A stretch of 64,000 bases of DNA from Abditibacteriaceae bacterium (GTDB lineage Bacteria > Armatimonadota > Abditibacteriia > Abditibacteriales > Abditibacteriaceae). The translations under genes were made by a program, and so were the position numbers. Each line of letters begins with the position of its first letter. Within the stretch, counting starts at the first letter, position 1. Positions 19,805 through 30,144 of the stretch are shown here, in pieces. The stretch lies in assembly GCA_965277285.1 (NCBI GenBank), contig OZ255721.1, forward strand, positions 96,001 through 160,000. Reading direction: 5' to 3'. The notes beneath the pieces were generated by a model, which made no database searches, was not told the origin of the DNA, and saw only the letters and a list, made by a program, of their open reading frames with translations.

Positions 19805-19886
19805 GAACCCAGAGCGCGAGCGACGGGTGAAAAGTGATAGTTCGGTCTGCCTATCACTTTTCACCCGTCGCTCACGCTCTGGGTTC
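19805..19886. repeat. REP-like hairpin of the GAACCC..AGCG..AGCGACGGG family; also at 43260-43343 and split at 40803-40827/41819-41843
   Basis: 36-bp arms with one mismatch. Confidence 0.9.
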
Positions 19887-19903
19887 TTCCTTTCGAGTAC
19901 TCG

Positions 19904-21115
19904 ATTATCAATTTTCCAACGCAAAATCCTCAGAAAATCCTTTTTATCGCTGGCGATCTATCGGGCGACCGGCATTTGGCGCGCGTGATGAAAGAAATCT
20001 CACGGCGTCAACCTGCCTGGAAATTGTTTGGCGTTGGTGGCACGGAAATGCAAGATGTCAGCGCAACAATGCTCGGTGATTCGCGTGATTGTGGCGTAAT
20101 TGGCGTCGGTCCGGCGTTGATGCTGGTGCCGCGATTGTTGCAATTGCATCGGCGCGTTATTGATTGGTGTCGCAGAGAAACGCCGCAACTCGTCGTGTTG
20201 TGCGATTGGGGCGCTTTCAATGCGCGCTTGCTGCAACCGTTGCGCGACCTGAATATTCCCGTTCTCTACTATTTTCCGCCGGGTTCGTGGCAGAAAAAAG
20301 GCGCGCGCGGTTTAACAATCGTGCCTTTTGTCACACGCGTGGCAACGCCATTTCCGTGGTCGGCAGAACGCTTGACCAAAGCCGGAGCAAACGCCGAGTG
20401 GGTCGGCCATCCGATTTTGGAAACCGTGCATTCGTTGGGCGAGAACAGTGCAGAACGCGAACAATTGCGGCGCGAGTTCGGCGTGCAGAAAAACGAAAAA
20501 CTGGTGGTTTTGATGCCCGGTTCGCGCGCTTTGGAATTGCGTTTCATCGCGCCGCATCTGGCGCAAACCGCTACACTGTTGCAGCGCGATTCATTGCAGC
20601 ACCATTCGAGTACTCGATCAACTATTCGCTGCATCGTCGCGGTTCCCAAAGGAAGTGTCGCGCGCGTGCGTCGCTATTTCGCCGAAGATGTGGCCATTAT
20701 CGAAGGTCGTGCGCCCGAACTTTTGATGGCGTGTGATGCGGCGATTGTCAAAAGCGGGACTTCGACCTTGGAAGCGGCTGTCGCGGATGCGCCGCAAGTG
20801 GTGGTTTACGACGCGCCCGCGATTTTGCAATGGCAATGGCGCTTGATGGGCGGCAGCAAAAAAATCCCGTTTGTCGCCATGCCCAACATCATCGCCGAAC
20901 GCGAAATCGTGCGCGAATTGTTGGGGCCAAATTGCCGTCCGCGCGCGATTGTCCAAGCGTTGGAATTGTTATTAAATGACGAAGCAACACGGCAGAAAAT
21001 GCGCGAAAATTATGCAGAAGTGCGGCGCGTTCTGGGCAGCGAATTGAAAACGAACGCGACGACGAGAACTGCAGAAATCATCGAAGAAATGGTATCTCAA
21101 GCGCAAATAATGTAG
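19904..21115 (+). CDS. lpxB: Lipid-A-disaccharide synthase; start codon uncertain
   Basis: In-frame KILFIAGDLSGDRH lies upstream of the ORF-track TTG; WVGHP, MPGSR, KSGTSTLEAA, MPNII. Confidence 0.9.
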   Translation: MINFPTQNPQKILFIAGDLSGDRHLARVMKEISRRQPAWKLFGVGGTEMQDVSATMLGDSRDCGVIGVGPALMLVPRLLQLHRRVIDWCRRETPQLVVLCDWGAFNARLLQPLRDLNIPVLYYFPPGSWQKKGARGLTIVPFVTRVATPFPWSAERLTKAGANAEWVGHPILETVHSLGENSAEREQLRREFGVQKNEKLVVLMPGSRALELRFIAPHLAQTATLLQRDSLQHHSSTRSTIRCIVAVPKGSVARVRRYFAEDVAIIEGRAPELLMACDAAIVKSGTSTLEAAVADAPQVVVYDAPAILQWQWRLMGGSKKIPFVAMPNIIAEREIVRELLGPNCRPRAIVQALELLLNDEATRQKMRENYAEVRRVLGSELKTNATTRTAEIIEEMVSQAQIM

Positions 21116-21197
21116 GGGCAAAGTATGCTTCGCCCGTGTCAATAGCCCGATTTGTCCGCCCGCGACGAGCATCGCGTCAGCAATTTTCACAACTTCT

Positions 21198-23033
21198 ATG
21201 ACTAATCTCAAGCGACTGATTCCTTACGCGATGCCGTTTCGCCGGCAAATCATTGGCGCTGCGTTGTGCACCATTTTTTCGGGCATATTGAGCGGCGCGT
21301 TTATGGGCGCGGCGTTCAAGCTGCTGAACGCGATGTTGAACGCGAACGTGCCGGATCGCCTGCACAACCTGAACTTTTTCACGCTGGTTTTCCTGATTGT
21401 GGTCTTTGTTATCGCCGTCACCGATTACGGTCAAACGTATTTGACGCAGAAAATTGGGCAGCGCGTTTTGATGCGATTGCGCGCCGATTTATTCGCGCAT
21501 TTTCAAGCGCTTTCGATGAGTTTTTTCGAGAAGCGGCGGACGGGCGAATTGATGAGCCGCCTGACCAACGACTTGGGCGCTTTGCAAGGCGTGATCATGA
21601 TGGCGGTGGCAACGGCTCTCAAAGCACCTGTTGCGGGCACCATCGCCATTGGCACGATGTTTTATTTTAACTGGCGTCTGTCCCTTTTAACGATAGTTTT
21701 TCTGCCGCCGATTGCGCTTCTCATCAATCGAACGGGGCGGCAAATGCGTGCTGCCAGCGGCCAGTTGCAACGCCAGATTGCCGAATTGAACAATTATCTT
21801 CAGGAAAAATTGGGCGCCATGCGCTTGATTCAAACCTTTGGCACGGGCGGTCAGGAAATCGCCAACTTTCAGCAGGTCAACGACGAATGTTTCCGGCGCA
21901 CCATGAAGCCGGTGCGCATTCAGGCGGCGTTGGGGCCAACTGTGGAATTTATTGGCATGGTCGGCGTGACGCTGGGCATCTGGTATGGCGCGCGTGATGT
22001 CGTCGCGGGACGCATGAACGCGGCGGGCATGCTGGTTTTTATCTATGCGATTCGCTCCGCCGCGACGAACTTTCGCCAACTGGCCGGATTAAACGCGATG
22101 TTTCGCGGCGCCGAAGCCTCCGCCGAACGCTTATTCGATATTCTTGATACGCAGCCCGAAGTGCGCGATACGCCAAATGCCATTGATTTGAGTACTCGAA
22201 ACGTCACGGGACATTTGCGCTTCGAGGACGTACATTTCGCCTACAACGATGACCGCGAAGTGTTGCGCGGCATTTCGTTTGAAATCGCACCCGGCGAAGT
22301 GGTTGCGCTGGCGGGACTTTCGGGTTCGGGGAAAACCACGATTTCCAACCTCGTGCCGCGCTTGTACGATCCGACGCAAGGCCGCGTTCTGCTTGATGGA
22401 TTGGATTTGCGCGATGTTTCGCTGCTGTCTTTGCGTGCTCACATCGGCGCTGTGCCGCAGGAAACGACGCTTTTTCACGGCACGATCCGCGACAACATCG
22501 CGTATGGCCGACCGAACGCGACAACCGAAGAAATCGTGCAAGCCGCGCGCCGCGCCAACGCCGACGACTTTATTCGCGCTCAATCGCACGGCTACGACAC
22601 GTCGATGGGCGAACGCGGCACCACGCTTTCCGGCGGACAACGTCAACGTATCGCCATCGCGCGTGCGCTTTTACGTGATCCGAAGATTTTGATTTTAGAT
22701 GAAGCGACCAGTTCGTTGGATGCCGAAAGCGAATCTTTGGTGCAGGACGCGCTGAACACCTTGATGCAAGGCCGCACAACCTTGATTATCGCGCACCGTT
22801 TCTCGACGATTCGCAACGCCAATCGTATTTTAGTACTCGATAGCGGCGAAATTGTGGAAACCGGCACGCACGACGAACTGCTGGCGCGCAGCGGCATTTA
22901 TTCGCGGCTTTATCAGATGCAAACGTTCACCAGCCGCGTCGAACAAAACACCAAAAACGAAGACGCGAACGAAGAAACGCCGTTTGTCGAACCAGAGATT
23001 TTTCCGACTGGCAAGCGCTCGCGTTTGGCTTAA
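21198..23033 (+). CDS. msbA: Lipid A flippase MsbA-like ABC transporter
   Basis: TMD plus GLSGSGKT, LSGGQRQR, ILDEATS; located in the lipid A cluster. Confidence 0.88.
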   Translation: MTNLKRLIPYAMPFRRQIIGAALCTIFSGILSGAFMGAAFKLLNAMLNANVPDRLHNLNFFTLVFLIVVFVIAVTDYGQTYLTQKIGQRVLMRLRADLFAHFQALSMSFFEKRRTGELMSRLTNDLGALQGVIMMAVATALKAPVAGTIAIGTMFYFNWRLSLLTIVFLPPIALLINRTGRQMRAASGQLQRQIAELNNYLQEKLGAMRLIQTFGTGGQEIANFQQVNDECFRRTMKPVRIQAALGPTVEFIGMVGVTLGIWYGARDVVAGRMNAAGMLVFIYAIRSAATNFRQLAGLNAMFRGAEASAERLFDILDTQPEVRDTPNAIDLSTRNVTGHLRFEDVHFAYNDDREVLRGISFEIAPGEVVALAGLSGSGKTTISNLVPRLYDPTQGRVLLDGLDLRDVSLLSLRAHIGAVPQETTLFHGTIRDNIAYGRPNATTEEIVQAARRANADDFIRAQSHGYDTSMGERGTTLSGGQRQRIAIARALLRDPKILILDEATSSLDAESESLVQDALNTLMQGRTTLIIAHRFSTIRNANRILVLDSGEIVETGTHDELLARSGIYSRLYQMQTFTSRVEQNTKNEDANEETPFVEPEIFPTGKRSRLA

Positions 23034-23051
23034 TTCTTGGTTTGATGGCAA

Positions 23052-24710
23052 GTGAGTGAATTTGCCGCCAGAAAAAGCGTCGGCCTGCACCGACGCCGCG
23101 CAAGGGACGTGTGGCAACGAAGGTTGATTCGTCCGCTCGATTACTTACGAAGCAGGTGGCGGCACCGGTTCTCTGGCGGCGAATTCACTCGCTCGTTCAG
23201 TTCGCTGGCGATTGGAGCTTTGATTTTGGCGCTTTCCAAACCTTTGCGCGAAACGCGCCGCGCTCGTCTCAATTACCGCTTGTGGAACACCTTGCTGGTG
23301 CCGTTTGTGCCCGCGCTGGGCGCTTACACTTTGTGGCGACGCTACGGGCAAAAGAAATCGACGGCGTCCTTGCGCGGCCAATGGGGAAAAGTGCCCGATG
23401 AAGTCGTTCAAGTTCTGCGCACTCACGAATCGAGTACTCGAATCTGGATTCATGCGGTTTCGGTCGGCGAAACTTTGGCAGCACGGCCTGTTGCACGCGC
23501 GCTGAAAAAGGCAATTCCCGATTGCATTCTCGTGCTTTCTACCACGACCGATACCGGACAAGATGCCGCGCGCGTTGCGCAAAAAGCGGGCGAAGTGGAC
23601 GCGGTTTTTTACTTTCCTCTCGATTTGCCGTTTCCCATCTGGCGCGCCTTGACGACGATTCGCCCGCACGTTTTTCTGTCGATGGAAACCGAATTGTGGC
23701 CGAACTTTCTGCATCTGGCAAAGCGATTTGGCGCGCGAACCTTTCTGGTGAACGGGCGCGTTTCCGATAATTTGCTGCATCGCGCACCGAAAATGGGCGC
23801 TTTGTGGCGCTGGATGATTGGCAATCTCGACGGTTTTTTGATGCGCAGCGAAAGCGATGCGGCGCGTATCAAAAGTTTGGGCGCGCCCTCTTCGCGCGTT
23901 TGTGTAACGGGCGATGTAAAATTGGACGCGCTGAACACGGTTGAAAACATCGGCGAATTACGCGCGCATTGGCGTCGAGTACTCGAAATCGCCGACGATG
24001 CGCCGTTCTTGGTTGCCGGTTCCACGCACGACGGCGAAGACGAACCAATCTTGGTGGCTTTTCAACAAGTGCGCGCCCAATTTCCCGATGCGCGTTTGCT
24101 GATCGCGCCACGCCACTTGGAACGTGTGGGCGAAGTCGCGCAAACGATTCGTGCAGCGAACTTCGAGGTCGTTTTGCGCAGCGAAATTGGTGCGTTGAAC
24201 GAAACCCAAGCGCCAAATGACGGCGGTTCGTCGAGCACGAAAACGAACGTTTCTGACAGCGCGAAGGAAAATGTGAACGCGCAAGTAAATGCAGACATGA
24301 GTGAAAATCCCATCGCGGACGCGAAGAGCGCAGTTTTGTTGCTTGATACGATCGGTGAATTGTCGCAGATTTACGCGGCGGCGGATGCTACTTTTGTTGG
24401 CGGCAGCTTGATTCGTCGCGGCGGGCACAACGTTTTGGAGCCGGTTCTATGCGGCGTTCCGGTGGCTTTCGGGCCATATATCGCCAACTTCCGCGAAGCT
24501 GTCGCGCTCGCGGAAGCCGCGGATGTCGGGAAATTAGTGAACAACGAGCATGAATTGGCCGAGGTTTGGACGCGCTGGCTTCGTGATGAAGATTGGCACG
24601 CCGGTGTCACTTCTCGTGCGGAAGAAACATTGCGCGAACATCGTGGCGCTTCGCATCGCGTCGCAGAAATCATCGCGCAAGCGTTGGCGGCGTCTGAAGC
24701 TGTCGCCTGA
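23052..24710 (+). CDS. waaA: Kdo transferase
   Basis: IWIHAVSVGE, ETELWPN, TGDVKLD, AGSTH, APRHLER, GGHNVLEP; start uncertain. Confidence 0.92.
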   Translation: MSEFAARKSVGLHRRRARDVWQRRLIRPLDYLRSRWRHRFSGGEFTRSFSSLAIGALILALSKPLRETRRARLNYRLWNTLLVPFVPALGAYTLWRRYGQKKSTASLRGQWGKVPDEVVQVLRTHESSTRIWIHAVSVGETLAARPVARALKKAIPDCILVLSTTTDTGQDAARVAQKAGEVDAVFYFPLDLPFPIWRALTTIRPHVFLSMETELWPNFLHLAKRFGARTFLVNGRVSDNLLHRAPKMGALWRWMIGNLDGFLMRSESDAARIKSLGAPSSRVCVTGDVKLDALNTVENIGELRAHWRRVLEIADDAPFLVAGSTHDGEDEPILVAFQQVRAQFPDARLLIAPRHLERVGEVAQTIRAANFEVVLRSEIGALNETQAPNDGGSSSTKTNVSDSAKENVNAQVNADMSENPIADAKSAVLLLDTIGELSQIYAAADATFVGGSLIRRGGHNVLEPVLCGVPVAFGPYIANFREAVALAEAADVGKLVNNEHELAEVWTRWLRDEDWHAGVTSRAEETLREHRGASHRVAEIIAQALAASEAVA

Positions 24711-24748
24711 ATTCGAGTACTCGAAGTTGTTCATCAGGCTTCCTGTAT

Positions 24749-24831
24749 CGTTGAACGAACCCCAAGCGTAAGCGCGGGGCTGAAGTAACAAATACGTCAG
24801 CCCCGCGCTTACGCTTGGGGTTTGTTCAACG
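24749..24831. repeat. REP-like hairpin GAACCCCAAGCGTAAGCGCGGGGCTGA; second copy at 35721-35787
   Basis: 35-bp arms with one mismatch. Confidence 0.9.
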
Positions 24832-24933
24832 CTTCGTCACTTTGTAATCTCACGCGACAGACTTTTGGGAATGCGCTTGAAGAGAATGACAAAGAGGTGT
24901 GAAGATCGGCAAATTCTATGAAAAGGTATTGGG

Positions 24934-25956
24934 ATGATGCGCGCGGACGAAGCAATTTACCGGTTTTTCCTGGAGCGCCGTCGCGCGAAATTCACTGCTG
25001 AACCCGTTCGTATCAACGATTGCTTTGTCGTTTCGGTTGGCAACATTACGAGCGGCGGAACCGGCAAAACGCCGATGGTTCAACTGATCGCGCGTGGTTT
25101 GCAAAATCGCGGAAAACGTGTCGCAGTTGTGGCGCGCGGTCATGGCGGCACGTTGTCGAAGCAGGGCGCGCTTGTGTCGGACGGGAAAAAAAGGTTTTGC
25201 AGCGCGCAGGAAGCGGGCGATGAAGCCCTTTTGCACGCGCGTTCGCTGCCGGAAATTGGCGTTGTCATCGGGCTGGATCGCGTGGCTGCGTGTCGTCGCG
25301 CGGTTGCAGAATTCGGTTGCGACGTGATTGTTTTGGATGACGGTTTTCAGTTTTGGGGTTTAGCGCGCGATCTGGACATCGTTCTGCTGGATGCGCGGCG
25401 ACCTTTCGGGAATGGTCATCTGTTGCCGCGCGGACGCTTGCGTGAACCTTTGGAAGAACTGAGGCGCGCCGATATTTTTGTCTTGACGCGCTGCGATTTG
25501 GCGCCCAAAAGGCAACTGGCTCAAAATCGAGTACTCGTTTCCAAGTACGGGCGCGCGCCACTTTTTCAGTCGAATCATGTCGCGGTTGGCTTGCGCAACG
25601 AGGCGAGCGGCGAAGTTTCACGGCTGGAAACATTGCGCGGCGTGTCGGTCGGCGCATTGTCGGCGATTGCCGATAACGAAGGATTTCGTCGTTCGTTGAA
25701 GAAGAACGGCGCGCGTGTGGTGGCGGCGCTCGGGGCTTTCGATCATCATCGTTGGCGCGAAAACGAAGTGCGCGATTTCGTGCGGCGCGCCAGTCAAAGC
25801 GATGCGAAGTTTCTTCTGACGACCGAGAAAGATGCCGTTAAACTGCGCCCCGAATGGTGCGCGCCGCTGTCCTTGCGCAGCCTGCAAATCGAAATCGAAA
25901 TCGCCGAAGAAGATAAACTCTGGTCGCAAATCGACGATGTTTTACGCCGTCAATAA
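24934..25956 (+). CDS. lpxK: Tetraacyldisaccharide 4'-kinase
   Basis: SVGNITSGGTGKTP, GDEA, LDDGFQ, LLPRGRLREP, TTEKDAVK. Confidence 0.93.
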   Translation: MMRADEAIYRFFLERRRAKFTAEPVRINDCFVVSVGNITSGGTGKTPMVQLIARGLQNRGKRVAVVARGHGGTLSKQGALVSDGKKRFCSAQEAGDEALLHARSLPEIGVVIGLDRVAACRRAVAEFGCDVIVLDDGFQFWGLARDLDIVLLDARRPFGNGHLLPRGRLREPLEELRRADIFVLTRCDLAPKRQLAQNRVLVSKYGRAPLFQSNHVAVGLRNEASGEVSRLETLRGVSVGALSAIADNEGFRRSLKKNGARVVAALGAFDHHRWRENEVRDFVRRASQSDAKFLLTTEKDAVKLRPEWCAPLSLRSLQIEIEIAEEDKLWSQIDDVLRRQ

Positions 25957-25991
25957 ACTGAGAAACGCCGTATCGAGTACTCGAAAACCTA

Positions 25992-26972
25992 ATGAATAAA
26001 AGTTTAATGAAGCACCGCGAAGTGCTGGAAACGCGCGCCATGCAAAGCGTCGCCGGCGCGATGGAACGCGCGTCATGGGACGCGTGCCGCCGCACTGGAG
26101 CGTGGATGGGATTGCTGTTGTTTTCGACGTTTCGCGCGCGCCGCGCCGTTGGAATACGCAATGTGCAACTCGCGTTTCCCGACTTGAGCGACTCGCAGGC
26201 GCGCCGCATCGTGCGCCGCTCCTACCAGAACTTTGCGATGATGTTTTGCGAGTTTTTGCACTTGCGCGTCGCCACGCCCGAGCAAGTTCGCGCTTATTGC
26301 GATTTGCAAGGCTTTGACATTATGACGCAGGCGCGCGAACAAGGGCGCGGCGCGATGATGCTAACGGCGCACATCGGCAACTGGGAAGTACTGGCCGCGC
26401 GCGTCGCTCAGGAAGTGCCAGTGACGGCGGTTGCGCGACCGACCTCCAACGCGGGTGTGGAAAGCCATATCGCGTCGATTCGCGCTGCTGTGGGCATCAA
26501 AGTGCTCTTGAAAAACGAAGCCGGACGCAGCGCGGTGCGCGCCCTCAAGCAAGGCGATACAGTCATTATTTTGCCCGATCAATACGCGTGGCCCGATGGC
26601 GCGCTTTTGCCGATGTTCGGTCATCCGACACGCGTTGTCACTTCATTGGCGCGTATTGCTCTGCTGACCGGCGCGCCGATTGTGCCGCTGTTTGGCGTTC
26701 GTCGCACGCCCTGGCTCGCCGACGGACGCATCATCGGACGCACTTCTCCATCGTTTGAATTGCAGAAAACGGGTGACCGCGAAAGCGACATTTTGGACGG
26801 TACGCGCCGCGTCATCGACGAAATCGAAAACGTGGTGCGCCATTATCCCGAACAATGGCTGTGGGTTCACAAACGCTGGCGCGACCGCGATTTGCAGCCA
26901 AATTCCGCAGCGTCTTCAACCGCGGACGAGCAGGCGAACGACCAAGTCGATGCTGAGGCGCGCCATGAATGA
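25992..26972 (+). CDS. Lipid A late acyltransferase (LpxL/HtrB family)
   Basis: TAHIGNWE, LPDQ, YPEQWLWVHKRW. Confidence 0.9.
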   Translation: MNKSLMKHREVLETRAMQSVAGAMERASWDACRRTGAWMGLLLFSTFRARRAVGIRNVQLAFPDLSDSQARRIVRRSYQNFAMMFCEFLHLRVATPEQVRAYCDLQGFDIMTQAREQGRGAMMLTAHIGNWEVLAARVAQEVPVTAVARPTSNAGVESHIASIRAAVGIKVLLKNEAGRSAVRALKQGDTVIILPDQYAWPDGALLPMFGHPTRVVTSLARIALLTGAPIVPLFGVRRTPWLADGRIIGRTSPSFELQKTGDRESDILDGTRRVIDEIENVVRHYPEQWLWVHKRWRDRDLQPNSAASSTADEQANDQVDAEARHE

Positions 26973-27738
26973 AAGCGCCAGTGAACTCGCTTCCGAAACC
27001 TCGACGCCTAAACCGGCTGCAACGATTGCTGCAACGATTGCTGCAACCGATGTGGCAAGTAAATCGAAAAATTCAGCTAAGAATTCGACCAATCCTTGGC
27101 GTGGTTTATCGCGGCGCTCGATGGAAAAAGCGACCGTCGGTTTTCTGCACCAAGGACGCAACTGCCAGAGCACAATTCGAGTACTCGAAACCGAGGGACA
27201 GCGCGCTGTCGCCAAAGATTACGCGCGCACGCCACCGTTTTTCCGGCGTTATGTCGCGCCGTTTTTGCTGAACCGCGAAGAACGTGCCCTGCGTTTTCTG
27301 GCTGGAACAATCGGCGTGCCGCAGGTTTTCGCGCGCGTCGATCGCCAGGCGCTCATCATCGAACTCATCGAAGGAAAGCCGATTGATCACTTCCAAAACG
27401 GTGAACTGGGCGCGGAAGTCTTTGCGCGTGTGCAAGAAACAATTGACCGCATTCATGCGCGCGGCGTTGCGCATGGCGATTTGAAGCGTCGCGGCAACCT
27501 GATGGTGACGCCACGCGGCGAAATTTTCCTGATCGATTTCGCGGCGTCGCTCATCGGCAAACGGCCTTTGCGACCCGTTGTGAATTGGCTGCAACGCGAA
27601 GTCGCGCGCGTGGATAATAAGTGCGTGCCGCGCCTGAAGATGAAAGCCGCGCCCGAACTGATGACCGACGACGACCGCCGCAAACTCGAAACCCCGACCA
27701 AACTCGAACGCTGGGCGCGCCGCTGGCTAAACCGATGA
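26965..27738 (+). CDS. RIO1/Kdo-WaaP-like kinase (putative LPS kinase)
   Basis: AVAKDY, HARGVAHGDLK..N, LIDF; overlaps the acyltransferase stop. Confidence 0.75.
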   Translation: MNESASELASETSTPKPAATIAATIAATDVASKSKNSAKNSTNPWRGLSRRSMEKATVGFLHQGRNCQSTIRVLETEGQRAVAKDYARTPPFFRRYVAPFLLNREERALRFLAGTIGVPQVFARVDRQALIIELIEGKPIDHFQNGELGAEVFARVQETIDRIHARGVAHGDLKRRGNLMVTPRGEIFLIDFAASLIGKRPLRPVVNWLQREVARVDNKCVPRLKMKAAPELMTDDDRRKLETPTKLERWARRWLNR

Positions 27739-28029
27739 ATCGAGTACTCGATGCGCGGTTAATAACACTTTGAATGTCTGCTTACGACTTGAATTGGTCG
27801 TAATGAACCGCGGCGAGCTATGCTGATGGTGATGAAAACAAACTCAACTTCGTAGAAGTAATTGGCTACGAGGCGTTCAGAGTTCGCAGCTGGAGCAGCC
27901 GAAATGAGCATTCAGCTTGATTGGTAGGACGCTTCCAGCGGAGTATGACGATGCCCTGAAATCTCGGCATTCTCATCCCGATGTCTGGGTTTTTCGTTCG
28001 TTGTCCAGGAACCTGAGGAAAAGCAAAAG

Positions 28030-28293
28030 ATGAACTATCGCAAGGCAGTCGGCTGGATCATGATTCTGCTGGGCTTCATAAGCCTGATTTTGTTGTGGAC
28101 TTCCGTCGCGCACTTGATGCACACGGCGTTCACTGCAGGCTCGTCCTCGAGTGAAACGCATTCGCTTTATCGCTTGGAAGATCGCACGATGCTTTGGAAT
28201 GTGGGCGAAATTTGTTGCACCGTTGCCTTGTGGATTGGCGGGGCATTCTTGTTAGCACCTCGACGCAATCACAAGGCCGCACCTCCGTTGTAG
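28030..28293 (+). CDS. Small membrane protein
   Basis: Two TM helices; GAGG upstream. Confidence 0.55.
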   Translation: MNYRKAVGWIMILLGFISLILLWTSVAHLMHTAFTAGSSSSETHSLYRLEDRTMLWNVGEICCTVALWIGGAFLLAPRRNHKAAPPL

Positions 28294-28307
28294 GCATGGT
28301 TTTGTTA

Positions 28308-29633
28308 TCACGAACCCAGCGGCAGCGAGAAGTAAAATGTCGAACCCTCGCCCAAGGCGCTTTCGAGCCACATTTGTCCGCCGTGCGCTTCGACCACGAG
28401 TTTGCAAAAAGTCAGTCCCAAGCCGGTGGACATACGGCGACCAGCGCGACGCGATTCGACTTGCCCGAACTTCTCAAAAATGCGCGCCTGATCTTCGGGC
28501 GGCACGCCTTCGCCGGTATCGCGCACCCAGACGATAAGGTTGTCGTTTTCAGGCCGTGCACCCAGCGTGATAGAGCCGTCGGAAGGCGTGAATTTAATGG
28601 CATTGCCCAGCAAATTGATGAGCACGCGGCGCAATAAATCGGCGTCGGCTGGCACCATTGGCAAGTCGTTCGAGTACTCGAAGGAAACCCTGGCCTGATT
28701 GGTCAACTGAATCGAAACCACTTGTTCAAGCGCTTCTTCGCCGAGCGTTGGGAGTTCGACTGCGCGCCGCTGCAACGTCATGCTTCCGCTTTCCATTTTG
28801 CTGATGTCGAGCAGTTCGTTGACCAGGCGCAACAAGCGATTTCCACCGCGCACTGCCATCATTGTCACTTCGCGTTGCGTTTCGTTGAGCGCGCCGAATT
28901 GTTCGCTTTCCAGCATAGTTAACGGCATGAGAAGCGTCGTTAAAGGCGTGCGTAAGTCGTGAACCAGCATTTCCGAAAGCTCGTCGCGTTGTGCTTCGAC
29001 GCGTTGTAAATCGAGGTAGGCGCGTTCCAATTCGTCACGTCCGCGCTTAACGCGCACGAGGGATTTGACACGCGCCAAAACCTCGTTTTTTTCCAAAGGC
29101 TTCGACAGGAAATCGTCGGCGCCCAATTCGAGAGCGCGCACGCGATATGAGACTTCCTGCAACGCGGTCACCATCACAATCGGCAGATGTCGCGTTTTTT
29201 CCTGCGCGCGCAATCGCTCGCAAACCTCAAAGCCGTCTATATCCGGCATCATCACGTCCAGCAAAACAATGTCGAAGGTTTGCGCGGCGGCTTTCTCCAG
29301 CGCTTCGTGCCCGCCGCTCGCCGTCGTCACCGTGTAAGCAGCGCCTTCTAAAATGCGCGTCAGCAAACGCAAATTTGCCTCGACATCATCCACCACCAAA
29401 ACACGATTCGGCACTGACGTTTGCGGCATTGACGTTTGCGGCATTGATATTTGCGCTGTCGAATCCGCCGTTAACGTTTTCGGCGCTGACGTTGTTGAAA
29501 TTTCCAGCGGTGGTGCTGCGGGTGTTAAAGGTTGCAACGTTGTCGTCGCGCGCTGATTGTCGGAGTTATCCGCGCGAGGCAGATCGTCAGGAAAACCGTT
29601 GGTTCGAGTACTCAATTGCATGGAAAACTGCAT
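28308..29633 (-). CDS. Hybrid response regulator-histidine kinase
   Basis: VLVVDD, LLDVMMP (REC); VHDLRTPL, NAIKF, DTGEG, GLGL (HK). Confidence 0.92.
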   Translation of the reverse strand: MQFSMQLSTRTNGFPDDLPRADNSDNQRATTTLQPLTPAAPPLEISTTSAPKTLTADSTAQISMPQTSMPQTSVPNRVLVVDDVEANLRLLTRILEGAAYTVTTASGGHEALEKAAAQTFDIVLLDVMMPDIDGFEVCERLRAQEKTRHLPIVMVTALQEVSYRVRALELGADDFLSKPLEKNEVLARVKSLVRVKRGRDELERAYLDLQRVEAQRDELSEMLVHDLRTPLTTLLMPLTMLESEQFGALNETQREVTMMAVRGGNRLLRLVNELLDISKMESGSMTLQRRAVELPTLGEEALEQVVSIQLTNQARVSFEYSNDLPMVPADADLLRRVLINLLGNAIKFTPSDGSITLGARPENDNLIVWVRDTGEGVPPEDQARIFEKFGQVESRRAGRRMSTGLGLTFCKLVVEAHGGQMWLESALGEGSTFYFSLPLGS

Positions 29634-29647
29634 GGAAAGACCGGAAG

Positions 29648-30094
29648 TTACATTTCTTTTTCCAGCGCCAGAACTTTGTTCAAGCGCCGTACGTGGCGTT
29701 CTTCGTGGGTGAATTGCGCCCCTAAAAACGCTTCGACAAGCTCGCGTGCGACCGCCACGCCGATAACGCGCGAACCCAGCACCAGAACGTTCGCATCATC
29801 ATGTTCGACGGATTGGTGCGCCGTATAATGGTCGTGCGCCAAAGCCGCGCGAATGCCGTGAATTTTGTTTGCCGCGATGGACGCACCGGCGCCCGAACCA
29901 CAAATCAAAACGCCGCGACTGGCTTTCCCTGTAGCAACAGCTTCGCCAACGGCGCGCGCAAAGTCGGGATAATCGACGGGAGCGCAGGAATTGGTGCCAC
30001 AATCGAGCACTTCGTAGCCCAGAATGCGCACACTTTCGATCAAGTTCTGCTTCAATTCAAAACCGGCATGGTCGCTGCCCAGTGCGATAATCAT
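29648..30094 (-). CDS. rpiB: Ribose-5-phosphate isomerase B
   Basis: [39 protein letters not shown]. Confidence 0.93.
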   Translation of the reverse strand: MIIALGSDHAGFELKQNLIESVRILGYEVLDCGTNSCAPVDYPDFARAVGEAVATGKASRGVLICGSGAGASIAANKIHGIRAALAHDHYTAHQSVEHDDANVLVLGSRVIGVAVARELVEAFLGAQFTHEERHVRRLNKVLALEKEM

Positions 30095-30144
30095 ATTTCG
30101 AGTACTCGATATGGAGGGAATAATTGACAGAAAGGACGCTTGAA

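Noticed and set aside
27755..28025. Possible ncRNA in the intergenic gap
   Set aside because: I could not recognise a family or a convincing structure by eye; an Rfam/Infernal search would be needed.
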